The notes under the pieces were generated by a model. That model did no database searches. It saw only the letters and a program-made list of their open reading frames with translations, and was not told where the DNA came from. A stretch of DNA of 64,000 bases from Pseudomonadota bacterium (GTDB taxonomy: Bacteria; Pseudomonadota; Alphaproteobacteria; UBA8366). Shown piece by piece: positions 1 through 9,002 of the stretch (positions are counted from its first letter, which is position 1; each line of letters opens with the position of its first letter). Location: the NCBI GenBank assembly GCA_036337155.1, contig JAYZET010000004.1, positions 8,352 through 72,351 of the forward strand, read 5' to 3'. The translations under genes were made by a program, and so were the position numbers.

Positions 1-672
1 ACCGATCTCAATAACACGCATCTGTCACTGCGCGTGCCGGGAACCAAGGACCACTTCCTGCTCAATCCGTTTGGTATGTTCTTTGAAGAGATCACGGCGT
101 CCTCCCTGATTAAGGTTGATGGTGACGGTAACATGCTCGGCGATAATGACTATCCGATGAACCCGGCCGGGTTCATCATCCATGGCGCGATCCATATGTC
201 GGGTGACGAACGTCACTGCGTCCTGCATACTCACAGCCGTTACGGCACCGCCGTCTCGATGCAGAAGCATGGATTGTTGCCGGTGAGTCAAAAGGCTCTG
301 ACCATTATGGGATGGGTTGGTTATCATGATTTCGAGGGACCTGCAGTTGACGCGGGCGAGCAGCCGCGCATTGTGCGCGACATTGAAGGCAAGACGATCC
401 TAATTCTGCGCAATCATGGTCTTCTGTCAGTTGGTAGGACGGTGAGTGAGGCTTTTGTCTATCTTTACCGAATTGAAACTGCCTGCCGTCACCAGATCGA
501 TGCCATGGCTGGTGGTGTGGAATTGCAGCAGGTCTCGGAAGCGACCCAACGGAAGTCCATCGACATGGGTCTTGCCATGTACGGAAAGGGGGGATTTCTT
601 GAGGCTGGTAGGGAATGGCCAATGCTACTTCGCCAGCTCGAGCGCGAGGGAATTGACGATTACGCTCGATAG
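1..672 (+). CDS. class II aldolase/adducin-family protein (5' end outside window)
   Basis: Frame 1 is open from base 1 (TDLNNTHLSLRVPGTK...), so the listed GTG at 34 is internal. HGAIH, VLHTHS and LRNHGLL motifs are typical of the class II aldolase/adducin domain. Confidence 0.85.
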   Translation, partial: TDLNNTHLSLRVPGTKDHFLLNPFGMFFEEITASSLIKVDGDGNMLGDNDYPMNPAGFIIHGAIHMSGDERHCVLHTHSRYGTAVSMQKHGLLPVSQKALTIMGWVGYHDFEGPAVDAGEQPRIVRDIEGKTILILRNHGLLSVGRTVSEAFVYLYRIETACRHQIDAMAGGVELQQVSEATQRKSIDMGLAMYGKGGFLEAGREWPMLLRQLEREGIDDYAR

Positions 673-689
673 TTTGACGATGCTAGTAG

Positions 690-711
690 CTTTATGGGGT
701 CTTCCATAAAG
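690..711. terminator. hairpin between convergent genes (possible bidirectional terminator)
   Basis: CTTTATGG-ggtctt-CCATAAAG, an 8-bp stem with 6-nt loop, lies in the 117-bp gap between convergent CDSs. There is no clear U-tract on either strand. Confidence 0.3.
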
Positions 712-789
712 GGATGGAAAATTAAGGTTTGATAAGTGTTGTCGTCCTCAATTTATCCAGTGGGATAGGTTTAGAATGCAACCTCTCCT

Positions 790-2049
<1,260 letters not shown>

Positions 2050-2120
2050 CTACGCCCAAGAGGAGCCGGGTTCAATGGCCATAACTTGACCTAGGCGCAA
2101 TTTGGCCTCAGATCGTTTAC

Positions 2121-2963
2121 ATGATGCCTAAACGTTTGTCCGAAACTCAGTTGAGCACCTATCAGCGTGATGGTTTTATCTATCCTGTTTCTGCGATAGG
2201 CACCAAAGAGGCGTTCTCCTATCGCATTCGTCTCGAACAGTTCGAGCGCGATCGACCGCAATACATGAAAGGGATGAAGCGACAGAAATTGCACCTTGTC
2301 ACGACATGGATGGCAGAGCTGGTACGCTGTCCGGAAATACTCGATGTGGTTGAGGACATCTTAGGTCCCGACTTGCTGTGTTGGCAGACCAGTTTGTTCA
2401 TCAAGGAGGCGCGCGATCCCGGATTTGTCTCTTGGCATCAAGACGGCAATTACTGGGGCCTTAGCAGCGACGAGGTGGTAACTGCCTGGCTCGCACTCTC
2501 GGCATCCACGGTGGAAAGTGGGTGCATGAAGATGATCCCGGGTAGCCATGAGTGGGAGGGTGTAGAGCACGAAGATACCTTTGATAAAGATAACTTGTTG
2601 ACACGTGGTCAGGTGATGAAGCGTGAAATCGACGGTTCGAAGGCTGTCGACGTTGTCATCGCACCGGGCGAGATTTCGCTCCATCATGTCAAAATCGCGC
2701 ACTCTTCCGCTCCCAACAAATCAGACGACCGGCGCATCGGTATTGCTATGCGCTACGTGTCACCGCGCGTCAGACAGATCACGGGCGTGCCGGATAGTGC
2801 TACCTTAGTGCGCGGTAGATACGAAGGCGACGCGTTCGAGTTGGAACCGGCGCCGGCGTACGATTTCGAGCCTACTGCGGTAGCTATGCACGAAAGGGTA
2901 ACCGATACGCGGTCAGGTTTTATATTCAAAGACGCGGTAAAGGGACCGATTGTTGTCGAATAG
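2121..2963 (+). CDS. phytanoyl-CoA dioxygenase (PhyH) family Fe(II)/2-oxoglutarate oxygenase
   Basis: WHQDGNYWGL, the later SLHHVKIAHSS His motif, and an N-terminal YQRDGFI motif characteristic of the PhyH family. Confidence 0.85.
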   Translation: MMPKRLSETQLSTYQRDGFIYPVSAIGTKEAFSYRIRLEQFERDRPQYMKGMKRQKLHLVTTWMAELVRCPEILDVVEDILGPDLLCWQTSLFIKEARDPGFVSWHQDGNYWGLSSDEVVTAWLALSASTVESGCMKMIPGSHEWEGVEHEDTFDKDNLLTRGQVMKREIDGSKAVDVVIAPGEISLHHVKIAHSSAPNKSDDRRIGIAMRYVSPRVRQITGVPDSATLVRGRYEGDAFELEPAPAYDFEPTAVAMHERVTDTRSGFIFKDAVKGPIVVE

Positions 2964-3112
2964 GCGGATGACTGCCTGTCCTTTCATAATTCGCTGTTCA
3001 AGGAGCTTATAGTGTCCTCGTCCGTGATCGAATGGCGGTGCTATGAGTTCCATTAACAAGGTGGCATCAAAAAAAATGCAGTGCGTCAACATCGCTATGT
3101 CAAATGGCTCCA

Positions 3113-3132
3113 GCTAATGCCCGGGCATTAGC
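3113..3132. promoter_or_regulatory. perfect 20-bp palindrome GCTAATGCCCGGGCATTAGC (candidate operator or hairpin)
   Basis: Read directly: the sequence equals its own reverse complement. It lies in the 327-bp gap between the PhyH-family and SDR genes. Confidence 0.3.
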
Positions 3133-3290
3133 TCAAGAAGTTTCGATGCGCGCTGTCGATGTGCGTTCGTTGCGGCCATGCGGGCGATGACGAGTTCGAA
3201 TTCGTCCTTTTGGGTCATACAGAGGATATGGGAAGTTGCGCTGCCCTCTGCTATACCGGCCGCAATTTTATAACAATTGGGCAGGACATT

Positions 3291-4052
3291 ATGGACGCAA
3301 CAGGATTACCGGCGGTCGTTACCGGCGGGGGCTCCGGCCTTGGGGCCGGCGCTTCTCGCGCCTTGGCTGCAGCGGGAGCTAAGGTTACTGTGCTCGACCT
3401 TAACAAGTCGGCAGCCGAAGAAGTAGCGGAAGAGATCGGTGGAGTTGCTGTCCAGTGCGACGTGTCGGATGCGTCGTCCGGCGAGGCTGCTATTGCCATG
3501 GCCCGCGATGCGCACGGGCCAGCTGCTATTTGCATCAATTGTGCGGGTATCGGCACGCCCGGGCGGATTGTTGGTCGAGAGGGCCCGATGCAGTTGGAAC
3601 AATTTGCCCGCGTTATAAACGTTAATTTGATTGGCACGTTTAATATTATGCGCCTCGTAGCCGCGGATATGATGACACGCGAGCCGAACGACGAAGGTGA
3701 GCGCGGCTTAGTGATCAATACCGCGTCTGTTGCCGCCTATGAGGGTCAGATCGGTCAAGCTGCTTATTCTGCATCGAAAGGAGGGGTAGTTGGAATGACA
3801 CTGCCTGCCGCGCGCGAGTTCGCCCGCGCTGGCATCCGTGTTTTGGCCATCGCACCCGGCCTCTTCGCAACGCCAATGTTGATGGGCCTGCCAGAGAACG
3901 TTCAGCAAAGCCTCGCTGGGACATTGCCCTTTCCTTCGCGTTTTGGGACGCCTGCGGAGTACGCCTCACTTGTTATGCACATGATCTCAAATCCTGTGCT
4001 AAACGGTGAGGTCGTCCGTCTCGACAGTGCAATACGCCTGGCGCCAACGTAG
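3291..4052 (+). CDS. SDR-family oxidoreductase, 3-hydroxyacyl-CoA dehydrogenase type-2-like
   Basis: N-terminal VVTGGGSGLG Rossmann motif and YSASKGGV catalytic Y-x3-K. The ATG at 3291 (MDATGLPAVVTGG) gives the normal SDR N-terminus. The upstream extension to 3159 has no SDR-like sequence. Confidence 0.85.
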   Translation: MDATGLPAVVTGGGSGLGAGASRALAAAGAKVTVLDLNKSAAEEVAEEIGGVAVQCDVSDASSGEAAIAMARDAHGPAAICINCAGIGTPGRIVGREGPMQLEQFARVINVNLIGTFNIMRLVAADMMTREPNDEGERGLVINTASVAAYEGQIGQAAYSASKGGVVGMTLPAAREFARAGIRVLAIAPGLFATPMLMGLPENVQQSLAGTLPFPSRFGTPAEYASLVMHMISNPVLNGEVVRLDSAIRLAPT

Positions 4053-4062
4053 ATTTGCGCAT

Positions 4063-4659
4063 CTATTCGCGGACCGGTTTGAAATCGTCTGCGCGGCGTT
4101 TCGCGGCTGTGCGCTCGTCGCTCGAAAGTGTGCGGCTTACCTTATCGCGATTTTCCGATGCGATGCGGCGTGCATCGCCCTTTAGATTACGGCTAGCCAG
4201 CTCGTACCATTTCCACGCTTCAATAGCGTCCTTTTCGACACCCTCGCCGCTGAAATAGAGGTATGCGAGATTGTTTTGGGCGGAGGCGTGACCTTGGAGA
4301 GCCGCCCGGTTATGCCAGACAAAGGCCTCCGCCGCGCTTTTCCGAGCTCCCTGCCCCAATTGGTAAAAGATGCCCAGATTAAACTGGGCTGAAGGCAATC
4401 CCGCTTTTGCTGCTTTGAGGTACCATTGTGCCGCCTTCTTCAAATTTTTTTCCATTCCATATCCGCCTTCCCGCATTACACCCATCATGAACTGTGCGTC
4501 GCGGTTGTTGCCGGAGGCGAGGTTTCGAAAGATGACCACAGCGCGTTCGTTTTGGCCGAGTTGAAAAGCGCGCAGCCCATCGCGGAAGTCCTGGGCGTTC
4601 ACCGATCCGGAAATGAGGATGGCTACGAAGCAGAAACACTTGAGTAGGTGCGGCATCAT
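4063..4659 (-). CDS. Sel1-repeat (TPR-like) protein with signal peptide
   Basis: Repeated A-x-WY-x-AA-x-G-x-x-AQ-x-LG-x-Y units ([42 protein letters not shown]). The hydrophobic N-terminus ends in VNAQ. Confidence 0.8.
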   Translation of the reverse strand: MMPHLLKCFCFVAILISGSVNAQDFRDGLRAFQLGQNERAVVIFRNLASGNNRDAQFMMGVMREGGYGMEKNLKKAAQWYLKAAKAGLPSAQFNLGIFYQLGQGARKSAAEAFVWHNRAALQGHASAQNNLAYLYFSGEGVEKDAIEAWKWYELASRNLKGDARRIASENRDKVSRTLSSDERTAAKRRADDFKPVRE

Positions 4660-4973
4660 GCAGAGCTTTCGGATAGTATTTGCTGTCTGGCAATCTTATC
4701 AATGAATTGCGCCAGTGCCACGTCTCGAGAACTGAGCCCACTGCAATCGTGTGTCGTCAGCGTTACATTAACGGTGGCCCACACGTTGGACCATTCTGGG
4801 TGATGGTCCACACGTTCAGCCTCAATGGCAACTCGGCTCATGAAGCCCCAAGCTTCATTGAAGTCAGAGAAAACTAGAGTTCTGCTGATAGCATCGCGGC
4901 CAGCGACTTCTGTCCATTCGGGGAGCTCGGCGAGTGCTGCAGTTCGTTCCACCTTAGAAAGCCTCGTGATCAT
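4656..4973 (-). CDS. 4a-hydroxytetrahydrobiopterin (pterin-4a-carbinolamine) dehydratase
   Basis: The HHPEW...V...L.THD motif ([21 protein letters not shown]) is diagnostic. ATG at 4973 (MITRLS). The stop overlaps the Sel1 gene start (ATGA). Confidence 0.85.
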   Translation of the reverse strand: MITRLSKVERTAALAELPEWTEVAGRDAISRTLVFSDFNEAWGFMSRVAIEAERVDHHPEWSNVWATVNVTLTTHDCSGLSSRDVALAQFIDKIARQQILSESSA

Positions 4974-5082
4974 ATTTTCGGGCCTTTCCCCCCCCCTGAA
5001 TTTAAGCAATCGCTCAAAAATACCTGAATCGGACCGCCATGATAAACGACTTGTAGTCCTTGCTTAATGCCCTACTGCTGAG

Positions 5083-5316
5083 GTGATTGAAGAGCTTGCC
5101 GAACGTGCTTTCGCCGAGATGCTTGCCTATTTGCGCCGTGCAGCCGGTGACATTGTGATTAGGGTCGAGAATGTTCCTGACGAAGAGAAAACTCAAGCGA
5201 TGGAATTGAGTCCGCCGTTCGACTGGGAAACATAGGAACCGCTGGGCCGACTTGTCTGCCATGAACTAATCCGCGGAATTGAGTATCTTTTTGGCTTATC
5301 TGATGCCTCTATCTAG
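5083..5316 (+). pseudogene. decayed remnant of a Zincin_1 (DUF1025) minimal metallopeptidase-family gene
   Basis: The + frame reads PTAEVIEELAERAFAEMLAYLRRAAGDIVIRVENVPDEEKTQAMELSPPFDWET-TAG-EPLGRLVCHELIRGIEYLFGLSDASI. This resembles the family N-terminus (..GD.V.RVED.PDEE...M....PFD) and C-terminus (HE.GHHFGLSD). It has no start codon, an in-frame TAG at 5233, the central part missing, and HExxH degraded. Confidence 0.4.
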
Positions 5317-5327
5317 ATTATAGAGGC
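5305..5327. terminator. hairpin between convergent genes
   Basis: GCCTCTAT-ctagatt-ATAGAGGC, an 8-bp stem, immediately 3' of the uracil-DNA glycosylase-family stop (5329) and the remnant ORF. No U-tract. Confidence 0.3.
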
Positions 5328-5328
5328 G

Positions 5329-5919
5329 TCACTTGACTAGTTCGGACACTCGCCCTTGCAATATTGGCAGAATGTCCGTTGTAAACCAGGGGTTTTTCTT
5401 GATCCAGGCATTATTGCGCCAGCTTGGGTGCGGGAGCGGTAAATAATCCGGCGCATAATCGCGAAAGTTTCGCACGGTTTCGGTCAGTGTCTTCTTGCGT
5501 GTCTTGAGGAGATAGCGCTTTTGGGCGTACTGACCGATCAGCAAGGTCAGTCGGATATTTGGTAAAGCGGAGAGAATAGGCGTGTGCCATTTGGCTGCGC
5601 ATTCCGTGCGCGGTGGTTTGTCTCCACCCTTTGGATCGACGCCAGGATAGCAAAATCCCATTGGCACGATGGCGATTTTTGCCTCATCGTAGAAATATTC
5701 TGGAGAAATTTTCAGCCAATTCCGCAGACGCTCGCCACTCGGATCATTCCAGGGAATTCTAGTTTCGTGCACCCTGATGCCGGGTGCCTGTCCAATCAAA
5801 AGGAGCTTGGCTTCGGGTCTAGCTTTTATGATCGGTCGAGGTCCAAGCGGTAGTTTTGACGCACAAATGTCGCAGGACTTGATATCCCTTAAAAGGGTTT
5901 TGAATTTTTGGTTCACCAA
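5329..5919 (-). CDS. uracil-DNA glycosylase superfamily protein
   Basis: GQAPG motif (LLIGQAPGIRVHE), C-terminal HPS motif (LPLPHPSWRN), and an N-terminal CDIC. Confidence 0.85.
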   Translation of the reverse strand: MVNQKFKTLLRDIKSCDICASKLPLGPRPIIKARPEAKLLLIGQAPGIRVHETRIPWNDPSGERLRNWLKISPEYFYDEAKIAIVPMGFCYPGVDPKGGDKPPRTECAAKWHTPILSALPNIRLTLLIGQYAQKRYLLKTRKKTLTETVRNFRDYAPDYLPLPHPSWRNNAWIKKNPWFTTDILPILQGRVSELVK

Positions 5920-6428
5920 ACGCTCAAAGGATAATCAACTTCCGGTCTGTATATTGGCCCGGAAGAAGCGAGAAAACTCGAATAGAGGGAAAACTTTTCA
6001 ACATGAAAATAGGAGGTTCTGAAACCCGTATGACCGCCTACGAAGTCCTCTAGACGGCCTCGCGGAGTACCCCTTAGTCGAGCCAGAGTAACGTGCGGCG
6101 TAAACTTTCGCTCTTCCGCTGCGAGACCAATTCGCTGCAGTGCAGATTCAATTTTTTGCTGCAGGCGGGTCAACTGTTCGTTCTGTTCCACTCCGACCCA
6201 AACTGTTCTGGCCGCTTTGGCCTTGCCAAAATAGCCCACTCCGGAAAGCGAAATGTCTAAGGGTAGTGCTGTGATACTGGTTAGAGCGCTGTGGATGTCT
6301 TCCGCCGTTCCTTCGTCCACCTCACCCACAAAGCGCAGGGTTAGGTGAAAGTTTTCAGGCCGCGTCCAGCGTGCACCTGGCAGGCCGGACGTCATGACGG
6401 ATAGGCGATTGACCATATCGGTCGGCAA
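5913..6428 (-). CDS. thpR: RNA 2',3'-cyclic phosphodiesterase (2H phosphoesterase, ThpR/LigT)
   Basis: Two H-x-T-x motifs (FHLTLRFVGE and PHVTLARL). The first canonical start is the TTG at 6428, but the conserved first strand (VRLFIAIALP) is encoded upstream (see finding). Confidence 0.85.
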   Translation of the reverse strand: MPTDMVNRLSVMTSGLPGARWTRPENFHLTLRFVGEVDEGTAEDIHSALTSITALPLDISLSGVGYFGKAKAARTVWVGVEQNEQLTRLQQKIESALQRIGLAAEERKFTPHVTLARLRGTPRGRLEDFVGGHTGFRTSYFHVEKFSLYSSFLASSGPIYRPEVDYPLSVW

Positions 6429-6467
6429 GGCTATGGCGATGAAAAGGCGGACCAGAACAGACTCCGT

Positions 6468-7595
6468 CTAAGTGAACAATGCAAGTACGCCGGTATAACC
6501 GTAGAGCCGGTTATTGGAGATTTCACCATTTGCGAAAAAGCCCACTAGCGGAAACTCACCGAGTTCTTTGGAGATCAACTGTAATTCTTCACTATTAGTC
6601 CCAAATTGGTTTGGTCCCCGCGCACAGCACGAAAAATACAGCCCGCCTCGGATCGGTACGTTGCCGGTTCGGTGGCGGAGATCTCTCAGCATGCGCCGCA
6701 TGTCTTCGACCGCACTATTGTGATCGCGGCGACAGAACATGATGGAATCGCCTGCGGTGACGAGTTCACCAATTGCGATGAGATTTTGATTAGGATCAAT
6801 TCCAGTTAAATTGCGGACGAGATAATCTCCTGTATCCGAGCCGCTGACCGGGATTGCAGCGAAGATATAGCCGGCAACCTTACTGAGGTCGCGGGCCAGG
6901 ACTTCTCCAATGTCTTCCTTAAAAACTTCGAGAGCAGGGCGATCGTCGATTTCAATAAGGATGTTTTGTTCGGCGGCAGTGATCCGATGCATTTTGCCGA
7001 TCGGCGAGCAGCCCTGCGTCAGTGCGACGGCAACTGGAACCGCTTCGAGTGATATCATCACGCCTGAAACCTCACCCTCCGCCACGTCCCCGGCGAGTTG
7101 CGGATGGGCACCGTTCGAGGAGGTTAGACCGCCTATTAGAAAGCCGTCGGTTTCGCGTGACAAATCTTCGATAATCCGGGGAACATTCTCATTACGAGGA
7201 TCTGCATGGGTGACAACGAGCGGCGGCGTGTCCGAAAGCCAGTCAGCAATATTGGCAATCGCGGGCGCGATGTCGTCGCTGATACCGCCGAAAACGCGAA
7301 ACGCTTTTTCCGGTATCGGCGCGACCATTGCCGCCATCGCGGCTTCGCCGAAATACTCCTTTCCAGGTGCACAGATGCCGAACCCAACAGTGCCGACCCA
7401 ATTCGGCACCCCGGTCGTCTGACGCAGAAAAGCGGAAATATCCTCCAGGGAAGCCGCGAAAGCATCTGTGACATAGAGGAATCCAAGGCGGTGTTCCTCG
7501 CCAATCGGTTGCAGATTTCGAATCATCTCGTCTGCGGCTTCCTGCCAGCTGGATCCTTTCGCATGCGCTACAAGAAACTTGTCTGGATTACTCAT
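6468..7595 (-). CDS. FIST-domain (FIST_N/FIST_C) sensory protein
   Basis: Its length and sequence pattern (GFLYVTD.., VGTVGFG.., FSCCARG..) match FIST domain proteins. This is assigned by recognition only. Confidence 0.75.
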   Translation of the reverse strand: MSNPDKFLVAHAKGSSWQEAADEMIRNLQPIGEEHRLGFLYVTDAFAASLEDISAFLRQTTGVPNWVGTVGFGICAPGKEYFGEAAMAAMVAPIPEKAFRVFGGISDDIAPAIANIADWLSDTPPLVVTHADPRNENVPRIIEDLSRETDGFLIGGLTSSNGAHPQLAGDVAEGEVSGVMISLEAVPVAVALTQGCSPIGKMHRITAAEQNILIEIDDRPALEVFKEDIGEVLARDLSKVAGYIFAAIPVSGSDTGDYLVRNLTGIDPNQNLIAIGELVTAGDSIMFCRRDHNSAVEDMRRMLRDLRHRTGNVPIRGGLYFSCCARGPNQFGTNSEELQLISKELGEFPLVGFFANGEISNNRLYGYTGVLALFT

Positions 7596-8284
7596 TTAAA
7601 ATCCTTTCCTAGCGCATTTATAACGAAGGGCAATATACGTTCGGCGATAATGGCAACCCCTTTAGCATTCGGATGCAGACCATCCTGCTGGTTTAACTTT
7701 GGGTCGGCGGCAACACCTTCCAGGAAAAATGGATAGAAATCCAACCCCTGATGGTGAGCAATGGCCGGAAAGACATCGTCGAAGCGCTTCGCATAGTCGG
7801 GGCCGAGATTGCGTGGCGCCTTCATACCGGTCAATAAGATTGGCGTACCCGTGGCTTTCAATTTTTGGACGATTTGCTCGAGGTTCTGGCGTGTCAGAGC
7901 CGGGTCTATACCCCGGAGGGCGTCGTTTGCTCCGAGTTCGACGATTGCGAGGTCAAAGCGTCTGTCCATTAACCAATCTATGCGTTGTAGGGCGCCACTT
8001 GTGGTGTCTCCGGAAACGCCAGCGTTAATAATTTCCGACTTGATATCGGCATTCTGAAGTTGCCGGGTGAGCTGTGAGGGAAATGAATCCGGCTGGCGTA
8101 GTCCATAGCCAGCCGTCAAGCTGTCGCCGAGAGCGAGGATACGAATTTGATCCGAAATCGCTGCTGTGGGCGTAATGACCAGGAGGTATGCGAGAAACGG
8201 AAGGGTGATCTTTGCGTTGAAAGGTGGGCGTACCTCGCCATATGGTCGAAGAACTTTCCCGACGATCGGAAACGGTGCAAACAT
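7592..8284 (-). CDS. SGNH/GDSL arylesterase, TesA-like (acyl-CoA thioesterase I/lysophospholipase L1 family)
   Basis: Block I ILALGDSLTAGYG, block III GANDALRG, block V DGLHPN. The ATG at 8284 is the only in-frame canonical start upstream of the hydrophobic signal-like segment. It is divergent from the ybbA-like gene, as in E. coli tesA-ybbA-ybbP. Confidence 0.85.
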   Translation of the reverse strand: MFAPFPIVGKVLRPYGEVRPPFNAKITLPFLAYLLVITPTAAISDQIRILALGDSLTAGYGLRQPDSFPSQLTRQLQNADIKSEIINAGVSGDTTSGALQRIDWLMDRRFDLAIVELGANDALRGIDPALTRQNLEQIVQKLKATGTPILLTGMKAPRNLGPDYAKRFDDVFPAIAHHQGLDFYPFFLEGVAADPKLNQQDGLHPNAKGVAIIAERILPFVINALGKDFK

Positions 8285-9002
8285 GAACTTCTCTTCCTCG
8301 GCGGGCCAGATGGTCCGCCTCCAAGACGTGGAACTTACACTTAAGAGCGATGCTGGTGAGATCAACATCCTAAAAGGAATTGATCTTTCCATAGATCGGG
8401 GCGAATCTGTCGGTGTTGTCGGTCCTTCGGGTTCTGGAAAGACCTCAATGATTATGACCGTTGCCGGTCTGGAACGAATTACCGCCGGCCAGATCTGGGT
8501 GGCAGGTCGTGAAATTTCCGTTCTTGATGAGGATGAACTTGCTGTTTTCCGGCGAGATGAAATCGGTGTCGTATTCCAATCCTTTCATTTGATCCCAACC
8601 ATGAATGCCCAGGAAAATGTGGCAGTACCGATGGAATTAGCTGGCCGGCGTGACGCGTTCGAGAGAGCTGAAGTTGCACTCGAAGCCGTCGACCTCGGAC
8701 ATCGGTTAATGCACTATCCGGGTCAATTATCCGGTGGTGAACAGCAACGCGTGGCTTTGGCGCGAGCTTTTGCCGTTGAGCCGCAGTTATTGCTGGCGGA
8801 CGAACCGACTGGCAATCTTGATGTTGAGACAGGTAGCCGCATCGTTGAGATGATGTTCGAACTTGCCGCGAGTGCCGGAACTACCATGATGCTCATCACG
8901 CACGACCTTGCAGTCGCTGAGCGATGCCAGCGGATTGTAACGATGTACGACGGGCGAATAGATGCTTCGCCTGCCGAGATGCAGACAAGCGAATGCCCAT
9001 GA
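8283..9002 (+). CDS. ABC transporter ATP-binding protein (YbbA/LolD-like)
   Basis: Walker A GPSGSGKTS, signature LSGGEQQRV, Walker B LLLADEPTGNLD, H-loop ITHDL. The start is ambiguous (ATG 8283 or ATG 8310). The 8166 extension overlaps the divergent gene. Confidence 0.85.
   Translation: MNFSSSAGQMVRLQDVELTLKSDAGEINILKGIDLSIDRGESVGVVGPSGSGKTSMIMTVAGLERITAGQIWVAGREISVLDEDELAVFRRDEIGVVFQSFHLIPTMNAQENVAVPMELAGRRDAFERAEVALEAVDLGHRLMHYPGQLSGGEQQRVALARAFAVEPQLLLADEPTGNLDVETGSRIVEMMFELAASAGTTMMLITHDLAVAERCQRIVTMYDGRIDASPAEMQTSECP

Noticed and set aside
3159-3290. 44-codon N-terminal extension of the SDR gene, and a 34-codon minus-strand ORF (about 3117..3218) reading through the palindrome
   Set aside because: SDRs start a few residues before the TGGxSGxG motif, as with the ATG at 3291. 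The small minus-strand ORF has no SD and ends inside the palindrome, so there is too little evidence to call it.
5014-5262. 82-aa minus-strand ORF
   Set aside because: It has no motif and no convincing RBS. The opposite strand shows family-like similarity to a decayed Zincin_1 gene, which better explains the sequence.
8166-8392. Long N-terminal extensions of both divergent genes (ABC ATPase from 8166; esterase up to 8392) that would overlap by >200 nt
   Set aside because: The extensions are mutually antisense and lack family-like sequence. Internal ATGs at 8283 (+) and 8284 (-) share a CATG and give normal-length proteins.
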